56,806 nucleotides of DNA, filler included, from Platydemus manokwari (GCA_037951405.1; 5 parts of 5 records of this genome joined end to end with filler, not necessarily neighbours in it); one strand, 5' to 3'; shown: positions 14,709 through 27,891, counted from the first letter of the whole stretch. Numbers and translations: made by a program. The notes: a model not told the origin generated them from the letters alone.

Positions 14709-16250
14709 TTATAAATTAAGTGCCTTAAATAAAATTTAAAATTTGTTAAGTGTATTGCTAAAAACTATATAGTTTAATTAATTATATAAGGTAACAACAT
14801 TTTTAATTTTCGGTTTTACTAACTAAAAATCAATTTAGTACTTTGAAATTAAAAATTAATTAAAGTTGATTTTACAAACTGCCTAAAATGATTATTTTAA
14901 AATCAGGCAAAAATAGGGTTACAAAATTCGTCAAGTCAATTTTCTATTAAGATAAATATATCCATTTTTATTAACAGATTGAATACCATAATAAATAACC
15001 TGTTATTACAAAGATTTTGTCATAGAATCATATTGATTTCATAAGTGTAAAAAAGTGTTGTGATTAGAATGGATGCTTGGTTTAAGAAATCAGCCTTTTG
15101 CTTATTCAATATTTACTTATAAGGAGATCAAACAAAATCTATTTTATGTACCAAATTAGAAAGATTTTTTTATATTAATGAACCCAAGGATTTTAAGTAA
15201 TTTATTAAGGCACAAAATTTATGGACATCACGAGTATAAATGACTGACGAGACATTGGAAAAGAATAGATGGATAAAAAATGTCTATTTATTATAGGCCA
15301 AAAATGTTAGGGGTGGTCAAAGACCAGACATTTATGTCGTCGAAGATAGGAAAAGTAAAAAATTATTCTTATATCCAGTTGAGGTGCGGCCTATATACAA
15401 CAATTACAATGTAATATTTAAACCATACCTAATATATAATTACAGATGGAAGCTTTATCCATTACCGGTATTGCTAATTTTTCAAAATGCTCCAACCATT
15501 CAGAATATCAATATATTCATATCATGAAAATTGAATATCAATGAAAGCACAAATGATCATGATTTTTATCAATTTCCTTTAATTTTAAATTCTACCCACG
15601 ATTTTGAAAATATAATTTCCATACTCAAAAATTTAATTATAATGAAAGGTGGAAAAAACACTTGTTAATTTAAATTAATTTTAGAGCTCATGACTTTCAA
15701 AATGTATCAACTAAAATAGCATTATTTGTGAAGTTCTCCATACAATAATCGGTTGTAATTAATTGTACGTGCACCTGGTAGTGATTCAAAATTGCTAGTG
15801 ACCACTTCTATGAAGTCAGGATGAAGTTCATTTGTTTATAATAACTAGTCATTTACTCAATTTGCTTCTAAATTAAGGTTTAAATCAGCATTCTAAAATC
15901 AATATGTCATAGGACATATATATTTTGTACTTCTTTAATATTTTTTATTCACATATGTCTTTGACTTTTTAGCTTGGTTATTAATTTACGGGGTTTTGTT
16001 ATAATAACGTATTACTTTGTAAGAATTTATTTAAAATGACAATTGAATTCACAAATCTATATCTATTTTCAAATATAATAAAACAATATAATTCCTTTAA
16101 ATTTCACGAATTTATTAAAATTAAAAGGTAGCTTATTCAGCTGTAATCAATATATACATAAAATATTTTTTAATGTACTATTATTTAATGTATTTCAATT
16201 AAAAAGTTAAATATAAATGTAAAAGTAATTTTAAACATATTTGGTTAACT

Positions 16251-16289
16251 TTATTAATAACAGTTATTAATAACAGTTATTAATAACAG
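16251..16289. repeat. 3 x 13-bp direct repeat TTATTAATAACAG upstream of LRRC6
   Basis: Exact copies at 16251, 16264 and 16277. Confidence 0.9.
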
Positions 16290-16442
16290 TTTATTTCATG
16301 CGAATTAATAAAAATATCCAATAGAAATTTATCGAATTTTTCAGCATTTCAATTCTAATTTATAAAATCATAAATTCTGATTGTTTAAATATTTTAATCC
16401 TAGGGGTATCTACAAACAAATTAAAATTAATATTTTAAGAAT

Positions 16443-18700
16443 ATGGTTAGAAGTAATTTAAAATTAATTTTTTGTTATCAATAATTATACTAAATTTAAT
16501 AAAAAGTTACTGAAGCGCTTGTGCGTAAAAGAGCAGAACATAATGAAGGAGAAATATTTTCACTAGAAGAATTATCTTTGCATCAACAGAACATTGAAAA
16601 GTAATATTGTTAATATTGGTATTTATTTGTTTAATATTCTAATTATTAAAATTTTCAGAATTGAAAACCTGGATAAATGGTGTCGAGAATTAAAGATTCT
16701 CTATTTACAGAGCAATTTAATCAGTAAAATAGGTAGAATTTAAATATTTAATATAACATCAACAATAAAAAATTTCTCATCAGAAAATGTAAGCCGATTG
16801 AAAAAGTTACAATATTTGAATTTAGCTCTCAATAATATTGAGATAATCGAAAATCTGGAAAGTAAATTGTTGAGATAAAACCGTATTAAACAGAAAATTG
16901 GGGATTTATTTAGATTGCGAATCGTTAAAAAAATTGGATCTCACAATAAATTTTGTTGGAATTCTCGAATCAATCGAAAATCTGCGTGATTTGTATCATT
17001 TTGAGGAGCTTTATTTGACGGGAAATCCCTGCCAATCATATGAGGGCTACCGCGAATTTGTTATCGCCTCACTTCCCCAACTGAAAGTAAAACATTTTCT
17101 ATATTAAATCGATCTTATTTGTCCCAATAAGTCTCTCGATGGCACTGAAATTGTGAGATCTGAACGAATTACTGCATTGCAAACCTATCCAAAGCTTTCC
17201 AACATAATCCGTCACGAGCAAGCTCAATGGTTGGATAAAAGGGTAAGAATAACAATGAATATTTCTGAAAACGTTCTCTGCTTGTTTTAGGCCAAAGAAA
17301 AAGTCGATGCCAAAGATAGATCGGAGAAACGAAAAGAAAAGAAACAAAAGTAAAGAGAAAATTTGTCGTGTTGAACGTCGATGATATTGATTGGCAGAAA
17401 TAGCAATTCGAATGGGTGTACGCCACAGGAAGATGATGATGAGTTTTGGGAAGAGAAAACCGCTTTTACTCCTGAGTCCAGATGGGAAACCCACGAATAC
17501 TTGGAGGAGAAACGGCGCAGAGATCATCCGGAGTGAATATTTTTTGTTTGCTTTGATGTCCGCGTTAGCTATCGAAATAGATGAGAAGCATAGGCTTGTT
17601 AGCGTAAATGTTCCGCGGGACATGATTTTGGACCACTGATCACAGTCATTTATCGATTATTTAAGTGAAATTGTGGATGCATTGATGGGAGATCGATTTG
17701 CCCACCTCATTGGCATAAATAAATTCCCTCGTGACTCTCCTAAAATCAATTTATTCGCAACCTGATTCCCCTTTCACCTTCACACGTTTTTCTGTGCTTA
17801 TTGATTTGTGCTCAAATGTTGATATCGCAATATTTTATTTCTCAAATATACCTGCAATTGATACTCAATTCTAATTGGCTAATTAAAATTTATCGAGATC
17901 GATATTTTCCTCGTCACTGATTGTATCGATTGTCATGGCAACACAATTTGTAAATATATTGCAATTGCAAATATATGTTGGTGTTGAAATATTCTACCTC
18001 TGGTAATGGTGTCAATCCATATATACAATCCAACGTGGCAGATGTGCACGGCTTATTTTATCGATATAATTTCATTAATAATGAGATTTATTTCATGCTT
18101 ATTTGATAAACCTTAATATTATATTTCAATTATTACATTTTCAATTATACGGACCTACATATGTTACTATATTTAGATACAATGATTTGATTGGCTAATT
18201 ATTTGTATTAGTGAATTTATATAAATATTGAAATATTTTTCTTATTTCACAACTTCCGATAGAGAACTATTTCGATAAATAAACTTATAATTCATTTTTT
18301 AATTATTATAATTGATAGTTCCATTATTATTATTATTGTTAATATCAGTAATATTATAGTAATAATAATTAATATTATAATCAATCAGACCTGATACTCC
18401 AAAGAAAGCTGAGAGAAGTCTCTTTGCAAGTGATGGTCGGCCTTATAATATTAATGAAGCCAAGTAAGCGGTGAAGAGTTAAGATAGTGATTATCTTTTC
18501 ATTTAGAATTGATTTCTCCTTTACCAGCGAGGACGACGAGAATATTTTCAAGCTCAATGTAGAAGTATACAAGTAATGATAACATATATATATAGCGGTT
18601 ATCAATAAATATTATCGGAAATCGTTTTAGACATCTCGATACATCGCTACTTGATTGTGATATTCAACCACTATTTGTTCGCGTTACAATCAAAGGAAAG
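16443..18700 (+). CDS. LRRC6: LRRC6/DNAAF11 (tilB) axonemal dynein assembly factor, 11 exons visible (315 aa), 3' end missing
   Basis: Exons 16443-16452, 16507-16600, 16659-16732, 16784-16861, 16914-17086, 17132-17242, 17291-17349, 17398-17532, 18389-18463, 18507-18572, 18631-18700; all introns GT-AG and frame-consistent. Protein [62 protein letters not shown]..., LRRcap [39 protein letters not shown] and CS-like [23 protein letters not shown], followed by a GTCAGT donor. Confidence 0.96.
17929..17942. promoter_or_regulatory. RFX X-box candidate in LRRC6 intron 8
   Basis: ATTGTC-AT-GGCAAC fits RYYNYY-WW-RRNRAC exactly and lies inside a ciliary gene. Confidence 0.45.
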
Positions 18701-19042
18701 GTCAGTATTGTAAATATGCATATATTTTGGAATGACTAATGCATTATATGATTACTATTGGATTCGATTAGCCAATCAGATATCTTTTATATTGCACACA
18801 CAATAATCAGTTAAAACTATTTCTAGCATGGTTCTAAAAATATTGACTATTGATAGAATCGATTTGATTTATTTTTGGATCAATTTCGTGCCTGTAATTA
18901 TTTGATATCAGTAGGTTAGCATTTTATGTAAAAGCCAATAACATCAATATTGTTATTTGTAAATATTTAGATAAGCAGTTATGTAAATAATTAATATAAT
19001 CAAATAATAATCAAAAATAATGATGTTATAATTATTTATTAA

Positions 19043-19142
19043 NNNNNNNNNNNNNNNNNNNNNNNNNNNNNNNNNNNNNNNNNNNNTTAATTAATTAANN
19101 NNNNNNNNNNNNNNNNNNNNNNNNNNNNNNNNNNNNNNNNNN
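19043..19142. other. Artificial contig spacer (44 N + TTAATTAATTAA + 44 N)
   Basis: Same 100-bp structure. Confidence 0.97.
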
Positions 19143-19500
19143 AGGGGTTATTTGTACCATTCTTATTTGATATAATTGGGGTTGAATTTGTGGATATAGC
19201 GGTATATTTTGCCATTTTTATCCTTACTATTTACATTTTTATTCGTGGTCATTAAAATATATACTTATAATAACATTCACTTGATAACACTGTCTTGATT
19301 TGTCTCTTGTATTAAAAATCTCCACCCAACATCCATTAATCAAAATATTACATACAAATATTATATCAATAGTTTCACGTTTCCATCAACATATCTGACC
19401 AAACCAATCCTAGTGTACTTAATCAGTTTGATAATTTATTTGGTGATTCTGATCCAACGAAATGTATTCAATAAATATCAATTCCCGAATAAATTCTCAC

Positions 19501-22500
19501 TTTTATAAAATTGAAAGGAGTCATGATTTTTGCTTTCTCGATCAATTCGAAATGCAGCCAGTCCGAAATCTGTTATCTTCAATACAAATCTCGAATCAAC
19601 CAAACAATTTGAGCTTTTCAAGTTCCCATGAAATCCGATAGTACTTTGCAAATACAGCATGCCCTGAATATTTGTTTTTGTCAAACAGATCGCTATAATA
19701 TTTTCCAAAAATTATCCCACTCGACACATATCTTGCATTAATGATAAACGGAACATTGAATCCAGTTTGATTTGTTCATTTTCCAGAACATCTTGCAGGC
19801 TTCCTTTGGGACAATACTCAGTGAGAATGCATTCATTCCCAGGATCCAAACATATCCCAATGAATCTTGCAATGTGATTATTGTTCAAATCTTTGACCTA
19901 AAGTACAGAAAATATACCGATTAATATAAAATATATAAATAAAATATTATTATTTATAGTAGTAGTTTTGTTATCATTATATTTTATGTAACCAATCGTT
20001 TTAAACTAGCAAATTTATATTTATTAAGCGACATGAGCTGAGAAAGAGATATCCAATCGTTCAAAGCCTTCAAGATAAAGTCACAATTATAACACATTGA
20101 TTATTTCATTTCATGGTTAATGATTAGGTTTTAGTTTTATGAATTGAGTGGAACTTATTGATTTTTAGAACTTATTAAATTTTGAATAATAAGTATTCAT
20201 ATTAATTTATCGATCGATAATGACTCCAATGTTTCAAAGTATCAGCATCTAATATAATCTCTTTTGTTTTGACTGACTATATTTGTTTCAGATTATCAAA
20301 CAATTGTTTTGTTTATCTGGCAGAAGTTTGAATATTCCACATAATTGATAAGGGACAATCCCGAAATCATCGATGCTATTAAGAAAGTTGAATATCTTCT
20401 GATAGTTTCGAAATTTAGAATAATCTTAATGACTGTTCAGTGTGTTGTGATCAGTGTCTGGTACTCAATGCTAATAATAATATTAATATTAGTGATAATC
20501 GCATCACAATGTCATAAATAATCGAACTAGTGTTATTGCCTATCAACGAATATTTACAGTTCGGCTTGTTGACTTGACCCATATTAGCCCAAATCTTGTC
20601 CTGGCGTTCCAACGTGATTATATTATAATTTAATTATATTTAATCCACTAATGATATTTAATTATAAAACAAATTGGAAAATCACAATTTGATAAATAAT
20701 ATTTAACCACATCATTTAAACCAATTAATATTTATTTCTATTATCAATATTTTCTATCGGAATTCGTTCTAAAATCTTCACACCCTTATCAATCAGTGGT
20801 GCTAGCAGAAAAAACATAGGTTTTATTGAAATTTAATTCAATAAATTAATGAAAATCAATATAAATTGTTAATCAATAAATAAAATTATTCGATTAATTG
20901 GAATCATTGGATGATCTGTCATGTTTTCCAGTAGGTGCAAATATTATTTGTTGTGATAATTAAATTATTTATATTTCCAATTATATTTTATTATCTCGAG
21001 AATAAGATTTCTTTCGATTCTCAAATGATTTTAATAAATAATAATTCAATTTCATAAAAAAACTAAGTGGAGATTTCTTTTTTTTATTTTTTTAATTATT
21101 TTTCAATTCATTCTTTAAGTCTTGAATTCGTTAAATTTGAATAATGATCATTAATTTAATAATTCGACAAACAGAACAAAGCGAAATAGTAGACTGCATT
21201 AGAAGTATATCTGGTGTGATTTATAAATTTAATCGATGCGTATATTTTCTTCAATCAATCGAGACATTTTTAAAAAATTTTCTTCATTTACATTTTTTAA
21301 AAAAATGTCTGGTATGCGAGATGAAATACGAATTCACGTCAGATATAAATTGTGAGAGGAGGGGGTTAGTAACCCCCATAAAATGTTAAAATCCAAATCA
21401 TCATTTGAGAATTTGAAAAGTCATCTTATTTTTAAACCTTCATTAAAATTAATGAGAATTATGTTCAGACTTTTTATTACTCAAAATCAAAGCTATTTCT
21501 TTCTAATCTCACTCCAAATTCGAAATAAAGTTAACACTGTGGCCTTACCTATTTAAAGATAAATAAAGGCTTTGTTTTACAAAGAATTGTCTTATTTATT
21601 ACAAATATTCAAGCCTCAAATATAGAAGCATCAATTAAAAGAGTTCTAAGTTCTGGACTAGTTAGTTCACTTCTAAATAATCTTCCGTATCTGATGTAGT
21701 TTCTACCGTTTATCAGTTAGTTCACAACTAACTTGTCTTGAATCCACAAGCTTCTTTTCTTGATCAACTTACAAACGGTCTATCTCTTGATTTGATCACA
21801 GTAATTATAAGAATCATTTTGATGTTTCGATGTGAGAACATCAAAATTATAAAAATTATCTCATTGGTGTCTCCTGTTATTAACTTCGTTTCATCCATTT
21901 TGATAAAATTAGCTATTTTTACCATCAATATTTCCCATTATCGTGAGATTATATTAATTGCTTTACCTTAGAGCTATTATTAAATTTTTGTGTCCAGTAC
22001 CAGGTCATTATATGGTTATTTCATTCGTATCAAACACAACACATTTCAAAAACTAATATCGATTTTTTCTGGAATTCATCGTCAGTAAATTTCTTTTAAT
22101 TTTATCATGTTTTAGTTTATTAAGTGAAATTTAATTTTCAAATCACATATCAAAAATTCTCAAATAAAATTCCAGTGTCTTGTTGTCGATGTTGAGGAAA
22201 ACGAAACGAAATGAAATGAAACGGAAAATAAATTAAAAAATGTCTAATTCGTATCAATCACATTAGTGAAGTGAAGCCAACAATACCAAACTATCACCAA
22301 AATGATTTAATTTCTTATTTAAGTCAGTTTGGGAAAAACAAAAATAAAAATAGTTTTCATTAACTGGAATCAATTCCAATTTTAAATGAAAAAAAAAAAT
22401 TTTATTTAGCTTTTATTGAAGAAATTATTCCAAGATTTCTCAATTGGATTTCAAAAGGAATTTTGAAAATTAGAATTTTATATTTGTGTTATTTTTTTTA

Positions 22501-23374
22501 AAATAATATCCATGTTTTCATATATTTTCTCAAGTACTGTTCAGTATACTTGTGTAGAATTTGAAGACGAAGAATAGGATAATGTGTCTTAAGTGGGTTT
22601 GATTTCAGCTCCTTCATATTTATCAATTATTTTCATGATAATTTAAATAAATATATAAAATCACATTTAGCTAGTATTAATATCAAGTTAGATTATCATT
22701 TGAAATTTTATTAAAACTGTCAACCAAACGAAATATTTTAAGCAACTAAAGATTTATACCAACTTATTATGCAACCAGAATTATCTAACTAACCCGGTGT
22801 TAGTTTTCATTATGCATAATCTTTAGCGTATTTATATTAAGGAAATTCGTGATAAGCTGGACAGATTTTAAGAGAGACTAAACTTCAAGGAACCGGAAAC
22901 CATCACAACACAATGGCATTCACCTACTTTAATCCAACAGCCGAATCCCTCGTTAGGCCCTGAACAGTATCCGAATGAACTTCAACACCTACCTAACTTC
23001 AACACAAAACCTTTTCCTCTGTCATTCGTAACATTCCCCAACATCAAAGAGTCTCGTGGACCAACAACAATCAATATGTGCTCAGAATTTCAAAATAATA
23101 TTAAGAAATTATATTAGCAATCTAACAGAAAAACAAAAATTTTTTTAAAAATTGTTTAAAATGAAAAATCACGTGTTTTATTGATATTTATACCTCTCAA
23201 CATTTTCTGGTGTTTAGAAAGCTAAAACAGCAAAACATTTCTATTAAAAAATAATTCTTTAAAGTTTTTTTTAATATTAATTAAATTATGAGTTCACTGT
23301 CTTAAGCTAACCATGTTTAATGAATTTTTTGTTAATTAGGTTCAACTAAAATTATTATTAGTTTAAGATCTTCG

Positions 23375-23411
<37 letters not shown>

Positions 23412-26400
23412 CGAAAAATATTTTCAATTTGTTCGTTTAGATTATGTTTTCCATTTATTTGTTGGAACTTGTGTGATAGGCTTCACAGTATAAATATATT
23501 AACGAAATGATCGAGAACTTTAAGAAAATTAGCTTATCTTGCTCATCAGATCGACTTCTATCGTTACCCGTGATAACGTGAGGTGACACACAGTACAAAT
23601 CACTTGGACAAAACTGCATGAATTGGAGTTGGTGCTTCTTAATTATCTACCCACATTCATTAGATATATAGTCTAATTCTTTTGTAATTCGGATAACTCT
23701 TTATTAGGAAAACAAAATAATTCCGATAATGTAATAAAAAAGATAAGAATCCTGTGAAACCCGTCGCCTAATGTTTCATACTACCGGGTTCAACATCGTG
23801 CAACTTAAGTGGCAAAAGTGTGTAGGCAATAAGTGTTTATGGTTTGACTTTGATTTTTTCTACGAAATTTATCTTTTGTCGACCTTACATGTAGTTTTTA
23901 TTGTAGCCAATTTCATTAATATAAACTGGATTCATTCGTGCAAGAATTTATATCGTTTTATCCTATATTGACAATTAAAATTCCCTTAAAAGAAAAACGT
24001 AAATTCTCAATGAAGTGTTCATATTTTATTTACGTCGAGAAAATATGCGACAAATGTTTTATCAAAGATTTTTCAGAGATATATCAGATAAAATTTCATC
24101 ATTATTATATTTATTGAATTGAAAAAAGAATTACAAAAAACTACATCGATCTAGAATAAACAGAAAAAATAAATGAACGAAAATGATAAAGTTCAAAGTG
24201 ATGATTTGAGAATGTTGCTCTTGAAAACATTATGATGAAACAGAGCCGTCAACATGCAAGATCTATGTAAAGAGATCAAAAACAAAAATAATACAACTGT
24301 GAAGAATGATTATATCTCTTCAGATCTATCGATTTAGTATCATTAGAGTTGCTTGAATTGATAAAATCTATTCTGACGTAGAGAAGTGTGTTTCAAAGGT
24401 ATCTGATTTGTTTGTTACATAAATAATTGTTATAATGACGATAACTTAATATTAATGAATGAAACATGGTGAAGAAAATATTGTCTATGCTTTTTAAATG
24501 ATATGAAATCGGTGGTCCTCACAAAATGTTGCAAACCCTATCAAACCCATTAAAGGTCGACAAGTTATCTTATCAACTATCTTATCATGATCAAATTCGG
24601 CTTACACTTTTCACTTGAAACAAGACATCTCTGTTGATCTCGATTTTCCGATTTTCTAATCGTAGATGTTTCAGAGCCACAATGTTGCCTTTGTAGAATG
24701 CAGTCTTGGCAAACATCTGGGTTGAAGCTAGCTGACTCAGTTGAATACCGGCCAATGTTAAAAGCGATGACGAAGATTCTGATCGATGTGATAATTCTGA
24801 TATGGATTTTCTATAAGTGTTTGATTGTGAGATAAATGGACTGAATTCATTTGGTGTCTAAAATCAATGAAATTCTTATTTATTGATTATTGGTTTAATT
24901 CAATTTATTATATAAAATAAGATATTGATTATTATTTTCATTTAACTTATGTCATCCAATCATATTCAATCATTCTGTCAAGGACAATGAATATTATCGT
25001 TCATTGACTGAGATTAAAACAACCGATAACACTCTATTGATCGAATGAAAGCATAAACCGAAATATTGGTAAATCGAATTTATAGCTCTACAGATTTATA
25101 ACTGAAAATCAATTTTTTAAAAGGGTATTTAAAAATTAAAAATGACATATTATTGTAATAACAAGAGTTATTTTAAAATATCCAAATAAAATATAACATG
25201 GTATTGTATGTATTAATAGCGAGTTCTATTCAAGACAAACTTGATAATCATTACACGAGAATATCTCAATTGATTTGTCTGGAATAAAAGTTGAAAAATA
25301 AATTTGATATTCATCCCATTTAAAAGTTAGAGTGAAGATGAGAAAAAAATAAACCTTTGTTTTCGAGTGCAATATAAAAGGAAAATTATTTAAAAGGAAT
25401 TTGTGCTCATATTTGACGCTGAAAATTAAAGAAGAAAACACAAACCTCGCACATCGAATAAGTTCATTAACAAAACTTCATACAATGATATTAAGAACCA
25501 AAAATATATTATATAGGATTGGAACGAAAGTCTTGTCCGATAGAAAATAATATTTACTTAACCAATAAAGACAATATGGAAACTGAGAAATATAAACAAA
25601 ACGTCAATCTAAAAAATTTCAATGTTTTATGAAGAAATGTCAAGTTTAAATGCATTATTAAATCCTTTTTTTAATTTCTATCTTATAATTAAATAATTGT
25701 TTCAAATAGCTATCATTTAAAAAAATTATTTTGTGCCATATGATGGAGTTTAGGCGAAGCTACTTGAAAAAGCTGACATATTTTTTGTGGAAAGATCGAA
25801 TGAATGCGCCAGCAATTGAGAAGAAGATTAACTCCATGCTTGGCATCGGTACTGTGTCTGCGATAACATAAAAGCAGAAATTTACTGCACATAGTCGGAC
25901 AAAATCGTAGATGACATTCGAGAAAAGAGGCGGCAGTTGTGCGAAAACAGTTTTGAAAAGTTCCATTTAGTTCACGAACACGCTCGTTCACACACGGCAC
26001 GTGTAATTTAATATAAGCTTGCTGAGATCGGTTTTACGGTAATACCGCATCCGCCATACTACCCAGACCTTGTCCTTTCAGATCGTTACCTGTTTTCTCC
26101 TATGAAAAATTCACTAGTGGGAAGACCTATCACTGTGCTGAAGATGTTACCGATGATTTGGAAAAGTGGTTTGTTTCAAACCTGTAGAATTGTAGAACAC
26201 TCGCAAAAGTGCGTGGACCTTAATGGTGACTAATTTCAATATATCAGATTTACAGACGAATAATGTTTTGTTTATATTTCTCAATTTACATATTGTCTTT
26301 AATGGTTAAATCAATAGTATTATCTATCGGACAAGACTTACGTTCCATTCCTATAATAAAATATTAAAAAAATGTTTTCACAACACAACTTATAATTATA

Positions 26401-26832
26401 TCTTCATTCGCGAAGTTTATCATATATCGCCTCTACCAGATTATATTTGCATATCAGCTTTTATCTTCCAAAAATGGAATGTTTTCGATTCTACATAATT
26501 AAGGAAGAAATTTTGCTGGAAAAATTCCCATTTGGGAGAACTGATCTGGAGTAATCTTGTTAACACAATCAACTCGTTTTCAGTTTGTTATTATTTTCTT
26601 TTGTGAAAATTTATAATGATAATTTACATCTTTTTTGGAGTTGGGTTTGTATTTGGGATTTAAATAATTATTCCGTTCAATATGTGATCGACTGTCAATA
26701 TTCATTGGAATGAATGTGCTCTTTTTGTTGGCGGAATTCAATGAACGTCTACGCTGTCGTTTCTCTTGAGTTTCAATGTCAGCCCAGGATATTTTCCAAT
26801 CCATTGATTCGAGTTCGCTTTTCATTTTATTT
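19501..26832 (-). CDS. Receptor (membrane) guanylyl cyclase, NPR-like; partial, juxtamembrane and kinase-homology exons only
   Basis: Exons 26832-26628 ([19 protein letters not shown]...), 24857-24606 (SLLT...[18 protein letters not shown]...[13 protein letters not shown]), 19897-19721 ([59 protein letters not shown]) and 19663-19501 ([35 protein letters not shown]). They splice in frame through GT-AG introns. HGNLKSSNC and [10 protein letters not shown] are diagnostic of the rGC kinase-homology domain. No extracellular, TM or cyclase exons were found. Confidence 0.92.
20290..20465 (-). mobile_element. Possible LINE RT N-terminal relic in a guanylyl cyclase intron
   Basis: Minus strand [12 protein letters not shown] resembles the NYRPISLL block, followed by LLPDKQ; degraded. 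Confidence 0.3.
22850..23090 (+). mobile_element. Possible Penelope-like element fragment
   Basis: GC-elevated island; [15 protein letters not shown] resembles the LPY....EKL.R linker that precedes the GIY-YIG domain. Weak similarity only. Confidence 0.25.
23378..23411. repeat. (AAT)n microsatellite
   Basis: About 11 perfect units, read directly. Confidence 0.95.
25514..26353 (+). mobile_element. Mariner (DD34D) transposon, internally deleted, 840 bp, inside a guanylyl cyclase intron
   Basis: Inverted repeats 25514-25602 and 26265-26353 (TAGGA[T/A]TGGAACG[A/T]AAGTCTTGTCCGATAGA...) with TA at both flanks (25512-13, 26354-55). Transposase relics: N-terminus from ATG 25743, HEHARSH at 25973 (cf. 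HDNARPH) and [17 protein letters not shown] at 26045 (cf. HPPYSPDLAPSDYHLF). Stops and frameshifts are present. Confidence 0.93.
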
Positions 26833-27823
26833 CTAAATTAGTAAAAAAACGAGTTTTTCGATCAGTAAAAATTTGATATTAATATTGTGAAAATTTATTT
26901 ATACTTATATTGATAAAATATAATCCTGTCTCTTAATTTGACTCTGTTGTTATTCAGGTCTCATGCTTTGTTAAAATGCTGAGCAGTATCAGCTTGAAAA
27001 TGGACTTACAATGATATACAGAAGAGTCGAGCTCATTGCACATGTCAAATTAGAACTCCACTCCAATTCGAGTTTGTGCTATCGGAACATAATTCATTCC
27101 TAGTTGTAACTGCAACATCATATACTTTCTACAGCTACAATGCAGTTATTGGTCTTGCTTACGAATACTATACAATTAGCCAGTTACTTTTATGTTTACA
27201 CTAGCATATAATACCCACCATTATTTTTTATATATTTTCTTTTACTTTATTTATTAGATTCTGGAGATGTCTAAAAACACTGCATGATCATTTTTCATAA
27301 ATTAATTATCGGGTTTCACCATTTGATTATGTTTTGAGTGTAATTTATTCATAAATTCTATAAATTACGGTAAAAATAAGCAATTGAAAATGCGATTTAT
27401 TCAAAATCTTCCAGTATTCGCCATCAAGAGTAGAAAAATCATAACCACATTTAGGATCTTGTTTTCATTACTTATATAATCATGGACTAATCAAATCTTG
27501 ATTGTGTGAAAGGTTAATTTCGACACAGAACATGAAAAAACAAGTAGACAACCACATAAATTGGCTAATATCAATATGTAAGGATCACTAACCCCATCAA
27601 TATTATAAAAACGTACATATTACGTAAGAATTCAACCACACACAGCACGTGGAAATACGGGTTTGTAGATACAGAGCTGATTATAATTGTTTTTAAATGG
27701 AAGACCTGATAATAATTTTGTTTTGTTGTGGAACGATTTTTTTTAATGGAAAGGTTGCTGAGTCTGTGATAATGATTGAAATATAAGCCAAGTTCTATTT
27801 TATGTAGTTTTATTCCGATATTA

Positions 27824-27825
<2 letters not shown>

Positions 27826-27891
<66 letters not shown>
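27826..27891. repeat. (ATT)n microsatellite abutting an assembly spacer
   Basis: About 22 perfect units, read directly. Confidence 0.95.

Noticed and set aside
15060-15400. Possible LINE 3' fragment between SDHAF3 and LRRC6
   Set aside because: Only a vague resemblance (YGH..., RWIK...RGG); too degraded to call.
17099-17623. 174-aa minus-strand ORF and other ORFs overlapping LRRC6
   Set aside because: Antisense or alternate-frame shadows of LRRC6 exons 6-8, with no recognisable domain.
25713-26000. Minus-strand ORFs of 95 and 68 aa
   Set aside because: Antisense to the mariner transposase relic.
27365-27460. DPKCGYD on the minus strand as the pre-TM exon of the guanylyl cyclase
   Set aside because: It resembles PKCGFD, but the second Cys and a convincing TM helix are missing and there is a stop just upstream; possibly coincidence.
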